A DNA stretch of 59,732 bases, filler included, from Sphacelaria rigidula (Eukaryota): assembly GCA_964200075.2 (NCBI GenBank). It is 5 parts of 5 records of this genome, joined end to end, with 100 filler letters (N's around TTAATTAATTAA, not from the genome) between each part and the next. Parts side by side here need not be neighbours in the genome. Positions count along the whole stretch, not along the records: positions 23,936 to 35,802 come from CAXNAA020004402.1; positions 35,903 to 47,767 come from CAXNAA020004403.1; 3 more parts are not named here. One strand, written 5' to 3'. The stretch's first letter is position 1. Every line of letters starts with the position of its first letter. The position numbers and the translations under genes were made by a program. The notes beneath the pieces were generated by a model, which was not told the DNA's origin, searched no databases, and worked only from the letters and a program-made list of their open reading frames with translations. Positions 24,680 through 36,992 of this stretch are shown in pieces.

Positions 24680-24790
24680 TAAATTTCGTCTCGCTGTGAT
24701 TGGACAGGTCGCTCGAAGACTTGTTTATTATTATTTCACGAACACAGGGTCAACCCTGTGTTAGTGGGGGGTCGGTCCCAAAAGGGTTAA
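24680..24790. mobile_element. Right end of piggyBac-like element, second copy
   Basis: Matches 14450-14559 and ends ggtcccaaaagggTTAA. Confidence 0.6.
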
Positions 24791-26476
24791 TAGCCAAGGA
24801 AACTCACTCATGTTTGGGTTGCGGATTTCGAGGGACATAGAAATGCAGGAATTACCTTGGACGAGGAATCGAAAGGGGCAATGGACACACGGTTGGGGGA
24901 GCTGATGGGATTTGGTGCGCACAGGGACTGATGATTATTCATCTGACGAAGGCTGGACCCCAATCATCGCATGATGTAAAAGAAAAGGTGGGGTTATTTT
25001 CATGAAGTCCCAGGAGTACGTCGTGATAGTTGTTTTCTAATATGTAGTCCCAGGAGTACGTTGTGATATTTCTTTTTACAAGTGAAGACGGGTCCTAAAT
25101 GGGGGAATTACACAAAATATCAGGTATAGTCAGCGTGAGGGACAGTTATTGAGCGATGATGCATGTTGTCTCCGAAGAGTGAGGTGGGATGCTGACACTC
25201 GAGGCTTGATCAGAGGAATACCCACGCTCGAGTAAGAGGGTAATGAAGTGTCAAACTATCATTGGAGGGAAATTCAGGCGAAGTAATGCTCGAGATGAGT
25301 TTAGTTTACACCTTGAGTTCCAGAAAGGGTTGAACTGTGCCAGAAAAATCCATGCTTGAGTGGAAAGCTTCAGTGAAGTAATCGGGTGATGCTATCACTT
25401 GTGGATGGGCATGTTTGACAAGAAAAATTATCGTTAGGGTATAGACTATGTTGTACGTAAGTTGAAAGATCAAATAATTTGGTCGAAACGGGGCTCACCT
25501 TCGAGACAGGGTGTGGTAGAGTCCAGTACTACTGTACAGTAGTCTACAGGAGAATATCTCGACACCGGCACCTGACAGTGGTTGCAGTAGTATGCTGTAT
25601 CAAATACAATCATTCGTCGAGGATTGTGCTGACGGCGCGTGTCCTCGCGCCCGCTTTTGTTGCTGCTACAGCTTTAGATGGAGCAGAGATGAATGAGTCC
25701 CGATTGCAGCATTAGTGATGCGTTGATGGTGATAATGCAGCGTTGGACAACGTTTGAGTTGTCGCGTTGCTGCTGCCCCTAGGTTCAGATCTACCATACC
25801 ACCCCCCAAAAGGTCGCGCGTTGTACCAGTGCACAGGATGTTTCGACAAGCTGCACAGCGACGAAATCAAAATTACCATGGCAGGCTGGCCGTAACTGCC
25901 GCTGCTTTACGCTGTCGATACATCAATAGACTAGCCTAAACTTGTATGTCATACTTCTAACGAAACTGCACACCCACCGCGCAACTGTGGTGGGAGATAA
26001 GCTCACAGGACGCGGGACTGTCAGATGCGGCGAGTTATTGGTCAATACAAAAGACAGCCCGTTCTGGAGAACAGAGACCGACTCCTTCCGCGGACTGGTA
26101 CGCAAACGATACCTTGCATCTCCTGGGGTCTTTGCCAGCGGGTTACTGTGGGTGTACTCTCCAGCAACGGAGTTGAGTTCTGCATTCAAGCTGGGATATC
26201 GTCAGTACGCTTCATACAGCCTGAGCTAGCTCGCTGTGCGCATGCAGGAACTTTTTACAGGCGAGTGAGACAAGTGCACCCAGTGTACATACCTGCAGCT
26301 GCCGAGGTTTTTCGAGCTTGATGAACCAGGGGCCGGGCAAAAAGCGCGCTTCTAATATCCTGAGACATTCTGATACTGAGCACCGAAACGCAGGCAGCGT
26401 CGGGCGCTTGAGTGGTAGCAGTAGCAGCAGTCGTAATGGCAGCATGGGGCGGAATCCTCTCAGAGACCACTGAGAC

Positions 26477-28066
26477 GTGCTTCGAAACTTGATCCTTTTC
26501 ACCACTGAGGAGGGCTACCTGTTCATTGCCGGAGTTTCCAAGCACTGGAAGACAGCCTGGGGCGACCGCCCTAAGAAGACCCACCTGGACATTGCGGTAC
26601 AGTCGGCGTCATGCTTGTCGTGGTCGAAGGACAGTGGGTGTCGCTGGGATGTGACCATATGCGAGCGGGCGGCCTTGCGAGGCAGTTTGGAGACCCTGCG
26701 GTACGCTCGAAGTCGCAGTTGCCCTTGGAATGTCAGGACATGTGCTAGCGCTGCTGAGGGGGGGCATCTCGAGGTGCTCAAGTGGTGCAGAGAGAACAGC
26801 TGCCCCTGGGGTACGTCGACATGTGCTGGGGCTGCCGAGGGGGGTCATCTCGACGTGCTCAAGTGGTGCAGAGCCAACGGATGCCCCTGGAATGCCATGG
26901 CACTTGCTAGAGCTGCTGACGGGGGACATCTCGAGGTGCTCAAGTGGTGCAGAGACAACGGTTGCCCTTGGGGTACGTCGACATGTTATTGGGCTGCCAA
27001 GGGGGGGCATCTCGAGGTGCTCAGGTGGTGCAGAGCCAACGGCTGTCCCTGGGATAAGAGGACATGCGCTTTTGCTTCGGTTGGGGGACATCTACAGGCA
27101 CTCAACCGGATATGTGACGGAGCTGCCGAGGGGGGACACCTCGAGGTGCTCAAGTGGTGCAGAGACAACGGTTTCCCGTGGGGTGCAGAGACATGTGCTG
27201 GGGCTGCCAAGGGGGGGCATCTCGAGGTGCTCCAGTGGTGCAGAGCTAACGGTTGTCCCTGGGATGAGTCCACATGTTCTGTCGCTGCCTTGGAAGGGCA
27301 TCTTGAGCTGCTCAAGTGGTGCAGAGCCAACGGCTGTTTCTGGGATTCTGACACATGTGCTGACGCTGCTGAAGGGGGGCATCTCGAGGTGCTCAAGTGG
27401 TGCAGAGCCAACGGCTGTCCCTGGAATGGGGAGACATGTAATGCCGCTATAAGCGGAGGGCACTTAGAGGTGCTTAAGTGGTGCAGAGCCAACGGCTGTT
27501 CCTGGAATGGGGAGACATGCGGCACAGCTGCTCGCTGTGGACATCTCGAGATTCTCAAGTGGTGCAGAGCCAACGGCTGCCCCTGGAATTCGATGACAAT
27601 TCCTTACGCTGTTGGGGGGGGACATCTGGAGGCGATCAAGTGGTGCAGAGCCAACGGCTGTCCCTGGAATGAGGAGACATATGCTAGGGCTGCCTTCGAG
27701 GGGCGTCTCGAGGTGCTCGAGTGGTGCAGAGCCAATGGCTGCCCCTGGGATGAAAACACATGTGCCAGCGCTACTGGGGGAGGGCATCTAGAGGTGCTCA
27801 TGTGGTGCAGAGCCAACGGCTGTCCCTGGAATGAGGAGACATGTGCTAGGGCTGCCTTTAAGGGGCGTCTCGAGATTCTCAAGTGGTGCAGAGCCAATGG
27901 CTGCCCCTGGGATGAGAACACATGTGCCAGCGCTGCTGGGATAGGGAATCTAGAGGTGCTCAAGTGGTGCAGAGCCAACGGCTGTCCCTGGGACGAGAGA
28001 ACATCTGCCAAGGCTGCCTGGAGGCCAAACGTGCTGCAGTGGTGCAGAGCCAACGGCTGTCCCTGA
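26477..28066 (+). CDS. Intronless ankyrin-like repeat protein (~18 x 25-aa GHLEVLKWCRANGCPW units), possibly pseudogenised
   Basis: 529-codon ORF with 75-bp periodicity and N-terminal YLFIAGVSKHWK motif. The in-frame ATG at 26444 is followed by TGA (26471-26473). The terminal TGA sits where W of CPW is expected, and degenerate repeats continue to ~28250. Confidence 0.85.
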   Translation: MLRNLILFTTEEGYLFIAGVSKHWKTAWGDRPKKTHLDIAVQSASCLSWSKDSGCRWDVTICERAALRGSLETLRYARSRSCPWNVRTCASAAEGGHLEVLKWCRENSCPWGTSTCAGAAEGGHLDVLKWCRANGCPWNAMALARAADGGHLEVLKWCRDNGCPWGTSTCYWAAKGGHLEVLRWCRANGCPWDKRTCAFASVGGHLQALNRICDGAAEGGHLEVLKWCRDNGFPWGAETCAGAAKGGHLEVLQWCRANGCPWDESTCSVAALEGHLELLKWCRANGCFWDSDTCADAAEGGHLEVLKWCRANGCPWNGETCNAAISGGHLEVLKWCRANGCSWNGETCGTAARCGHLEILKWCRANGCPWNSMTIPYAVGGGHLEAIKWCRANGCPWNEETYARAAFEGRLEVLEWCRANGCPWDENTCASATGGGHLEVLMWCRANGCPWNEETCARAAFKGRLEILKWCRANGCPWDENTCASAAGIGNLEVLKWCRANGCPWDERTSAKAAWRPNVLQWCRANGCP

Positions 28067-31008
28067 GATGAATATATACGTTCTACAGCGTTTCCGAGGG
28101 GGGCTATCCACAGGCATTCAAGGGTTGCCAGCTGTCGGCTGTCTATTTGACGAGAATGCATGCGAAGAGACCGCTCGGGCCGAGCACCTCCAGATGCTGT
28201 AGTGGTCGAGGGCCAACGGTTGTCCATCGACGAAGAGCGTGTGCGAAGACACCAGGACGACCAGGGACATACACTGGGACATGGCCAACGGATGTCCTAG
28301 TAGGCGTACAAGACCGCACGGGAAACAAACCTAGGTACGATCTGGTAGCCAGGAAGGTACATTGAGGCGCATATTACAGCGTTCCACGCATTGGTGAGGC
28401 TGCCAGAATGTGTACAAGGTATTGATACATTACGAGCCCATTGGAAAATCCCACCGCAACACCCTGGTGCGTTGTGTACGTGGGCAACTCCGGCAAAGCG
28501 TGGAACAGTGCAAAATCGACCTCGACAGACCTCGAGCTAAGCCTCTGGCTACCAGTCAGTGCGTATTTGTACAGTTCAACGCTGGCAGAGTACATTGACG
28601 CAGGCAGCTGCTACGTAGGGCAGCGTAGCGTAGACAGGGCACCTGACATCACCGCGTTCTCTCCACACGGGTGGCCAGAGGGGTACCTGGCGAAAATTGC
28701 AAGTCGACTTCTTACCTCTACCATGCCCAATACAACCCCAAACTTCGATACGGTGCATTCGGCAGGTCCTGTGATCGTATTTTTCATGGATGGCTTTGGT
28801 TGGATTCAGGCGTCTGCGTTCCCTTTTCGCGAGTTTGTAAATCCGCGGATTGAAAATGTTGACTTTGAATGTGTTGTGCTCGACTCTCCGTCTGATATAC
28901 TGTTTCGGTGGTATGTATTGCAAAATATTGCGACAATGCGCGGGTGGGAAAATGTCCAAGTGTGACCTCGCTTCCCTATTGCCGTGTGAGATGAGATTTC
29001 GAGGTTGGGCGCAATTGACACGTTTCAATATTGATTCTACTTCCAGTAGTTTGCCTTCTCAACCCTGACTGACGAGAAATTAGAACCCAGCTATATGGGG
29101 GTAGGTCTGACCACGTGTATACAGCCGTCGCCCCGCCAGTTTTTTCTATGCTCTAGTTCTGAATGTACCGTCTTTTCCCCGACAGACTGCTCCTTGAGGA
29201 TTATTCTGACGGAAGAACAGTGACGACCCTGTAATTAGTACCCTAACTGCGCAGGGTGGACCAAAGTAAGCACCAATCTGCAGGTTTTCCAAAATCCCGT
29301 GCAGGGGGTCATCCTGGCCGCCTCTCATTGGATGACGGGGTGTCATAGCTGTGCCTGGAAGAAAGCAGTGATTTCCATGTGATGGAAAGAGTTTTCCTTT
29401 CGTCAGTTCTTGCACAGTACAATTGCAGTATCAATCTAACGTCCCAATTTCGTGAAATCGCGTGTACGTGCTGTGCGTAAGCCTCCGGCACACGCGCAGC
29501 GGATGCCAATCCTCGCCCGGAAGATCTGTGCAGAGTCGAAACGTATATATCCCGTGTCAGCCGCTTGACGTGCGAATGTTATGTGAATCTGCGGGGCTCA
29601 ATGGAGTCTCCGTGAAACGTATTCCAAGGCACACTAACGCCTACTGCGCAACCAAACGGCCAATACAAACATACATACCCGACGCCCAATAATTTCGCGT
29701 ACGTGTCAGACTCAAGGCTGAAGCCCCCGACAAACGTTGAACAACGGACAACAAGAACACGAGTCTTGCGTAGTGTGCATACACGACTGTTGCCCCGCGA
29801 CAAAGACCCCGCCAATGAACCCAGCTGCACACCTGTCGAACACGGCACAACATGATGAGTACTATAGAGAAGAATCGCCTACGGATGAACCACGCTATGA
29901 GTCCGAATTATCCGTACAAATTTTAAATAAAATGACAAAATATGCAAATCATTTGGATGTACACAAGAAAAAAACTCCGGTGCATACCTCAGGGGCTTTT
30001 GTTCCCCCAGCATTATTTCCGGTCCTTCACGAGCAACCTTCAATGTATGCAATGTTCCCTACGCCCTCCCCCATCCCCGAAAAGATCTACGCTTGATGGT
30101 GGACTCTGGCCGGCACTTGCACGGTCGCTACAGAGAGATACATTCCTTCGCGTTGACAGCCACTGTGTTGAAGAACACAACCATTGACCCGCATTCGGTT
30201 GGTGCAGTATACGCAAACTTAGCCTTCTAACGCTCAGCACGTTGAGAAAACATCACGGCTTGTATCAACGACGGAAACTCATCGTAATTGGACGACTGAC
30301 TTGGAACAGGCGAGTGAGACACTTTTACGAACAGGGGTGTTTTCGCTTGCTTCCAGGGGACTGGTATGGTTTCCCTCAAGTGCCGTAGCCCTCCTCTCTC
30401 CCCATCGCAATGTTGGGGGCAAGATCGTGTATTTTTCACTACTGCATTCCAGTTTCTACACCTTGAGCATTGCCAACACAAATATTACGGCACCGTTAGC
30501 TTAGTACAGCGGTGGGTACCGCCGTTCCGGCAATAACTACAAGCACCTCCAGCATGTATACATCGGCGACACCGCCCTGCATTCCTGAACTAGCCCTTTT
30601 TCAGGGAATTGGATAATACTTTGGTACAACTGCGATCTGGTAAAATGGAACTGTGAAATGCGTAGCCTCCTCGGCCCTTCACCACGTCAGGCTGTATTCG
30701 GTCGATGTTGAACATTGTTGGCGGTGGTGCCTCGACACCTACATGGTACGAGCTCCGTCGCTTGCTCAGTGAACCCATCGACAAAACTCATGACGCAAAC
30801 GCACATTTGAACGGTCATGAAGACCATAAGTTACCAACACAAAATCCTGTCGCGCTTGTTTGTGTGTCGAGGAGAAAGAAGGTCGGATCCACGTTAAAAA
30901 TATGTTTTGAGCGGTTACAAACAAGAAGGCAGAAGGGTCAGGGCACCACGAAGAACGGTATCCCGCACACATAGCTATACCTGCCCCCCACGCCCCATAT
31001 GATGTCGT

Positions 31009-32240
31009 GGGGATGTGAGAAACATCAGAAGGATTGCAGAAGTAGAAATAGAGAATGCACTAGAGAATGGAGAGTAATCGTAAACAAATGCGCGGTAGAT
31101 GTTTGCGGCGATGATAAGGAACACCCGGTAGAGGTCAAGTGGAAGTGGTGGAAAGAGGAACCGCCGATCGTAGACCAATATACATACCTTGACGTAAATA
31201 TATAGGAAGCCTGTTCTTGGGATGCACACATGAAGAAATGTATAGAGAAGGGTAAGGCACAGATGGGCGAGATGGACGTGATCCGAGATTCGCACCTAGA
31301 TGCTAGGATTGAAAGATGTATCCTGATGAATGTGGTTGTACCAAAGCTGGAATATGCAGAAGTATGGGAGGGGAACGTGGAGTCGATGAAGAAGCGGAAA
31401 ACAGCACAGATGACAGCACCTGAAAAAATGCTTGGATGCTCGAAAACGGCGAGTCATGCAACATTGAGAGCAGACGTGGAGTTCTGCCCACTTGAAACAA
31501 ATATAGACATGAGAAAACTGTAATGGCAATATAGCGTAAGGAGCTTGCCAAACACGAGACTGCCAGCCACAGTTGATAGCGTCGTATGAAAGAAAGTGCC
31601 GAAAAGGTAGGCGGAAATAAGGTGGGATAGGGTAGTCGAGAAAGTATGGAAGGACATGGGATGAAAGCAAGACGAGAAAACATCAAGAGGTAAACGTGGC
31701 GGATACAATACAAAAGAAAGAAAGATGGTAAAAATAAGCAAAAAATAAGCGGGAAGTAGACGGGGAAGAATACCTGAAGATATACGAGGGGTTGAGAGAG
31801 GGAATAAGGACGAAAATATATCATAATCGCCCATTTGACTCCGCGGAAAACGTGGAACTGCGATTTTGGGTGGGGGGCCTGGGCCTGCCAGAAAGAAGGA
31901 AGAAGTATACCAGTAGTCGAGTGGAGGAGGAAGTAGATGCACATAATTGCACCTGTGGCAAAGCAATAGAGAGTAGAAGTCATAAAGTGGCGAAATGTGA
32001 ACTAAACAAGGAGGAACGAGACATGTTGGAGGGGGAAATGTAGAAAGTAAACGAAGGCGGCATGGAATCGTATGATACATAAGAATGTAGCGAGAAAACG
32101 ATCGCTATACTAGGAGATAGACCGTGGCCACAGATATCGAAATAGGACGGGGATAAGCTATATGGAAGGTTTATGTGCAGTGAAAGGAAGGGACTTGATG
32201 AGCGCCCAAATGTTGGAGGTGTCTCTATTTGGATGAGTAC
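31009..32240 (+). pseudogene. LINE (non-LTR) retrotransposon, RT C-terminal half and 3' region, decayed
   Basis: EWRVIVNKCAV, IVDQYTYLDV, VVPKLEYAEVW, and a C-terminal CTCG...SHKVAKC motif. Homologous to 58630-59175 and 59581-59732. Confidence 0.85.
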
Positions 32241-35200
32241 GGGGCCCCCCCCTCCCACCCCCCTTCCCCCCCCCCCCCCCCCACCCCCCCCCCCCCCCCC
32301 CCCCCCCCCNNNNNNNNNTTTTGAGTAAAAGGAAGGAGGTGTGTGAGCACACCAATGTTGGGGGGTTTTTTTTTTTGATGGGGACCCCCCCCCCCCCCCC
32401 CCCCCCCCTCCTACCCACCCACCTACCCTCCCACCCTCCACCCGGAGAGCCGAAATCCGTTCTTATTTTCGTGTTGTTTACATTCTTTCCTCCCATTGTC
32501 CTTCTCCTCTCCTTTCGAGTGTTTACAGCATGTTACCCCCCGAACACGCGTTGAATACCTGCTACATGTTGGAAACACCTACAGGCTGATGTTGTACCCA
32601 AAGCTCGTGTTTGGAGACGTTCTCCCACCAAAACCATCCCTTGCGACGACCTTGGACACATTTCACGGAAAGAAACAACGACAATGTATATGCAAGCTTG
32701 TTCTAACCGGTTGTGGCAAAAGGCACTCATGATGAGCCTACGACAGTGGTAGTGCGTACAGTGTTCCGACAAAATACATCCTCCACAACACCTTCCTATC
32801 GATCTTTACTTCTTTCTTTCATTATTTTGGTGTTCATTTCGTATTTGACACTTACCATTTTGTTTTCAATTTTTCGACTATAATTTTTCATCATTGTTCA
32901 CTTATCATTGTTCATTCATTATGTTTTCATCTCGGTTTTCTCCACCTGCGTATCAGGGGGGTACGTGGATCATCTGCTAAACCCCCCCTCATCCCTCCCC
33001 TCCCCTCCATACACACGCACACATCGGGGAGATGGGGGGTACCCCCCACCCCCGACCCCTTCACGACGCCGCCCGCTTGTGTATAGGATTTACAGTAAAG
33101 TCGGTGTCATAGGACTTTTCACGGCGTTGGGGCGGGATGGTAGTCTAGTTCCCACTTCCTGAGGTACGCAGTAAGAAAGTTCGTATGTAGGTGTAGCAAA
33201 AAGTCGTGCACTCCTGGAAAATAACAAAACTCATTTCCGGCGAGAAAACGGACTCTTTTCCGAACCACACCAAACGCCAATTTCATTCAAATCATTCCAA
33301 AAGGAACACTTGTTGTAGAGCGAATGGCGCAGAAGTGAAGTCGGGCAGACAAGCATTGGCATCCACCAATGATACAGCTGAGCAACGTACACTTGTGTGC
33401 GTCACCCAGAGCGCATGCTGCGGTACAAACCTTATCAACGATGTACGGCCTTACTCGCCGAGGATGTATGCGACGGGTCCGAAACATCTCCAGTCGAAGG
33501 ATCGTTTCCCATATCCTGGGCTTCACTTCTACAGCAACTCCCTGATCATGCATCCTGCCTTGGTGTCGTGTGCTTGGGACCTGGTTGGAAACAGCGTAGA
33601 CGCGTCGAGTGCTAAATAGTCGTAAAGTGACGTGTCAAAACGATACTCTCAATGAACATTGACACGCACGGTGGTGCGGGATGGCTCAGATGGTCCACAC
33701 GTGAGGAATCGGCAAAGAGTGGGAAGCATGACCAGTAGCTGAGCCTCCGTGAGTCCCTGACCGGCTCGCCGACAGATTTGTCACGTTTCGCCGATGAAAA
33801 CAGCCTCCGAAGAGATAAAAGTAACACACCCTCGTGCTCTAGATGTCTAGTTTTTGCCGCTTGCATCAACATACAGAATAGTTACTGCAGGTAGTTGGCA
33901 AGAATAGGAAAGTACATTTCTCGGAAGCATAGGCTCATGGGCAATACTACTCAGGTTTGTTCGCAGCAACCCGGGAGTCGGGAGATTTGAGGATGGGAAC
34001 TCTATATGCGTGCTGCTGCACGACAGTAGTGCCGAAATTCAGAGTTAACGCTGGCGAAACAGAAGGAACTTCCCGCGGATATAGGCAGATGTACCACCAA
34101 TGTTATACTACGTGCTGGTAATGCTGTCGTTCGCTGGAACGGTGGTACGCGTCGCTGTACCGACCTGCTCGCGATGCAGAATGTTTGCAGACGAATGTTG
34201 ATGCGTGGAAAGACGAGCCAGTCATGACGTGAAAAACTGGAAAATGACTTTGAAAGGCCTGGTTTTGCTCCCCATAACTGAAGGGGGGAGCGTGGGAAGA
34301 AGACCGGGAGTCTTGTGACGATTGCATTGCAAAATAATACACAGGCAGCGAGCAAAACACGTTCATGGCAAGAAGTGCATGGGAAAAGTGCAGTTCGTGG
34401 AACTGGGTACGGCGCGGTAGATCTAGCCCCCCCCTCCCCCCCTGGATTCAAAGGACTAGGGCAAGCAACAAGTGAGTACGCCCCCTTGGATTTGGCAAAA
34501 AACCTACCTCATGGCGAATCCATACCAGACGACGGTAGCACACCAGCGCTGTTTACCCCATTTCTCGCTAACAGCACCCGCCTTCAGCTGGAAATGCGTT
34601 CGTGAAGCGTGAACTATGAATGACGTTCAAATAAATGCTGACACCAGAGATGACAACAGGGTCGGCCAGCCGCGGAGCTCCGAATCTGAGGCTTTCTCGG
34701 CGCGCGCAGCACCGACATACCTTTCGGCGATCGACGGCTTGCCGCCGTTGAACTGATTCGAGAGAGTGGCCGAATAGTTCGACAGTTCCCACTGCTGGCT
34801 CGGCGCAAACGCGAGGGCACCGGCCTATGTAACGCGTATACGTGTGTCAAGCTACCTGAAAAGCGCATCTGGTTTTAAAGATATGCGTACTTATCATGAA
34901 AAATACACCACGTGCACTCCAGATGTCGGCTGCAGTAGTCATTCATTTGGAAGTAAAGTAGCACAGAATGCCGGTGAGCACGAACGCTTCGGAGATTTCA
35001 ATGATCGACCGAAGCAATGACTTTCACTTAGAGTTAATATGCGACGCTTGATTATTCGCATGAGTATATTGTGGTACGTTTGAAGCTGCCTTCATCTTCT
35101 ACAGCCCCTTTACCATAGCAGGTGCCAGAGGAACCGCTCAGCTAGCCGGTATTGCGAGACTCGGGTGTTGATGTAGGAGGTTGTGGCTTACCGATCATGT

Positions 35201-35760
35201 GATGAGCAGAAACATTCCCATAGTAGAAGTGCAAACCCATTCTCTTATTGACGGGGACAATGATGGGAGAAAATCGAACATGCCAACAGCTATTGGTCCC
35301 TCGAAACAGTTGGAGAGAGACAACTCTTCGGAAGCGAAGCAGTCGATAAGATGAGATCATTTCTGCCAATGTATCACTTTTTGTACAATCTTCAGGTATA
35401 CAGTTGCTTTTGCAGTGGAGGCATCAAAATCTCCACTCGTTTTTAGACATACACAACTCCAGCTCTCTATGACTAAGTTGCCCATGCTCCCGTGACGTGC
35501 ATACTTTAAGAGACATTTTCGTATTTCATCATAGTAAATATTGCCGATATACTGATGGGTTTTTAGCGAGTGTTTCGTTCCCACAAAGCGTGGTATGAAC
35601 TTGGTTTCTTTCGGCACTGCTGCATCGAACAACGGAAGCACAGGGCGTACGGTACTATGGAGAAGAGATGTGAGGAAAAAGAGGACAATCGAAATTACGT
35701 TCTCGTTTTCGGAGTTTGGGTGCTCAAAAAGTTAAAATATTTCTTCAGAGATGAAGACGT

Positions 35761-35801
<41 letters not shown>

Positions 35802-36530
35802 GNNNNNNNNNNNNNNNNNNNNNNNNNNNNNNNNNNNNNNNNNNNNTTAATTAATTAANNNNNNNNNNNNNNNNNNNNNNNNNNNNNNNNNNNNNNNNNN
35901 NNTGTAAGAAGACGGTGTGAACGATTCGTAGTCTACAACGCACAAGTAGTACTACACCTGGCTACGTTGCCATTCCGTTAGGGGTCATGACTTCTTGCAC
36001 CACCGTTTCGGGTTGCATGTTGGGAAATCATCATGATGCAGGCCTGTCTGTTGTTTGAAAGTGCTGCTTACTGTTGCACTGTACTACTGTAAAACTGACT
36101 GTACGGTATCACCCTAGTTCACCGTATCGCCATGTACCGTTGTACTGTAGGGTTCTGCATTTCACTCTCTGTACTGCACTAGCTGTACTCTACACTGCAC
36201 CGCACTACACCACTACAGTACCCTGTGGTGCGCCGTGGTGGATTGAAGTACCACAGGTGCAATGAAGCGTAGTGCACGGTACGTACGGTGCCGCAGGGTA
36301 TGGTACGGTCAATGCTGTGTCGATTTGTTGTACATTTTCGGACTCCACGCTGGTCGATCGCACATTTGGCGGCACAACCTTCGGTCAATCACTGCGACGA
36401 AAGCGACTCCACATCAAGCCACGTCACATCAGCTTCCGCTATGAAATTTTTAGCGTCCACTTTCAAGTTTCAGCGCTTCCACTCTGCACTCTTACTCTAT
36501 GATGTGAAAAAATATCTTCCGAAACTCTAT

Positions 36531-36794
36531 AATGCCCAACAGTGTAGAGCGACCATGTCGTGGGTACACAAAATTCGACTTAACGGTCGACGAGGGAAAG
36601 AGACTGCTGAACCCCTCTCGCGATAAAAAGTAAAGGCAAGCATCGCAGAAGGAAGACAGAGAACTAAAAACAAATAAGAAAGAAAAAACCTTCTGTGTTG
36701 GCGTTCCTCCTGTGTGACCCCGGCTGGTGGGCCCACATATACCGAAAGGTGTGGACCGGCGTCCAGAATAGATGGGATGCCAACACACACACAC
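36531..36794 (+). mobile_element. SINE body plus (AC)n tail (same family as 22353-22700)
   Basis: Collinear similarity ending ccagaatagatgggatgccaacacacacacac. Confidence 0.8.
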
Positions 36795-36992
36795 TGTGCA
36801 GGCAGTGCTGTACTGTCTGTGCTGCAAGTTCATGTTCTTCTGACACCCTTCTGTAAGCAGACAGTATAGACAGTCCACTTTGTCTGCACTGCACGCTGTT
36901 TGCATCTTTTTTACATCCTTCTGTAGGCGGACAGTATAGGCAGTCTGTACTGTCTGTACTTCACGTTGTTCAAATCGTCGTGGGAAGAAACA

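Noticed and set aside
26690-28066. CRISPR-like repeat-spacer reading of the 75-bp array
   Set aside because: The period is a multiple of three, the frame is open throughout, and the variable parts are homologous to each other, so it is a protein repeat.
26515-28227. Overlapping alternative-frame and antisense ORFs (e.g. 26730..27452, 26986..27573, 27604..28227)
   Set aside because: Shadows of the ankyrin repeat periodicity.
32245-32420. Poly-C/poly-G tracts (also 4990-5078 and 35761-35800) as functional G-quadruplex elements
   Set aside because: They abut N gaps, so their length and sequence are unreliable.
33880-35640. Possible decayed DNA transposase remnants
   Set aside because: Only vague resemblance, with no catalytic motif that can be stated with confidence.
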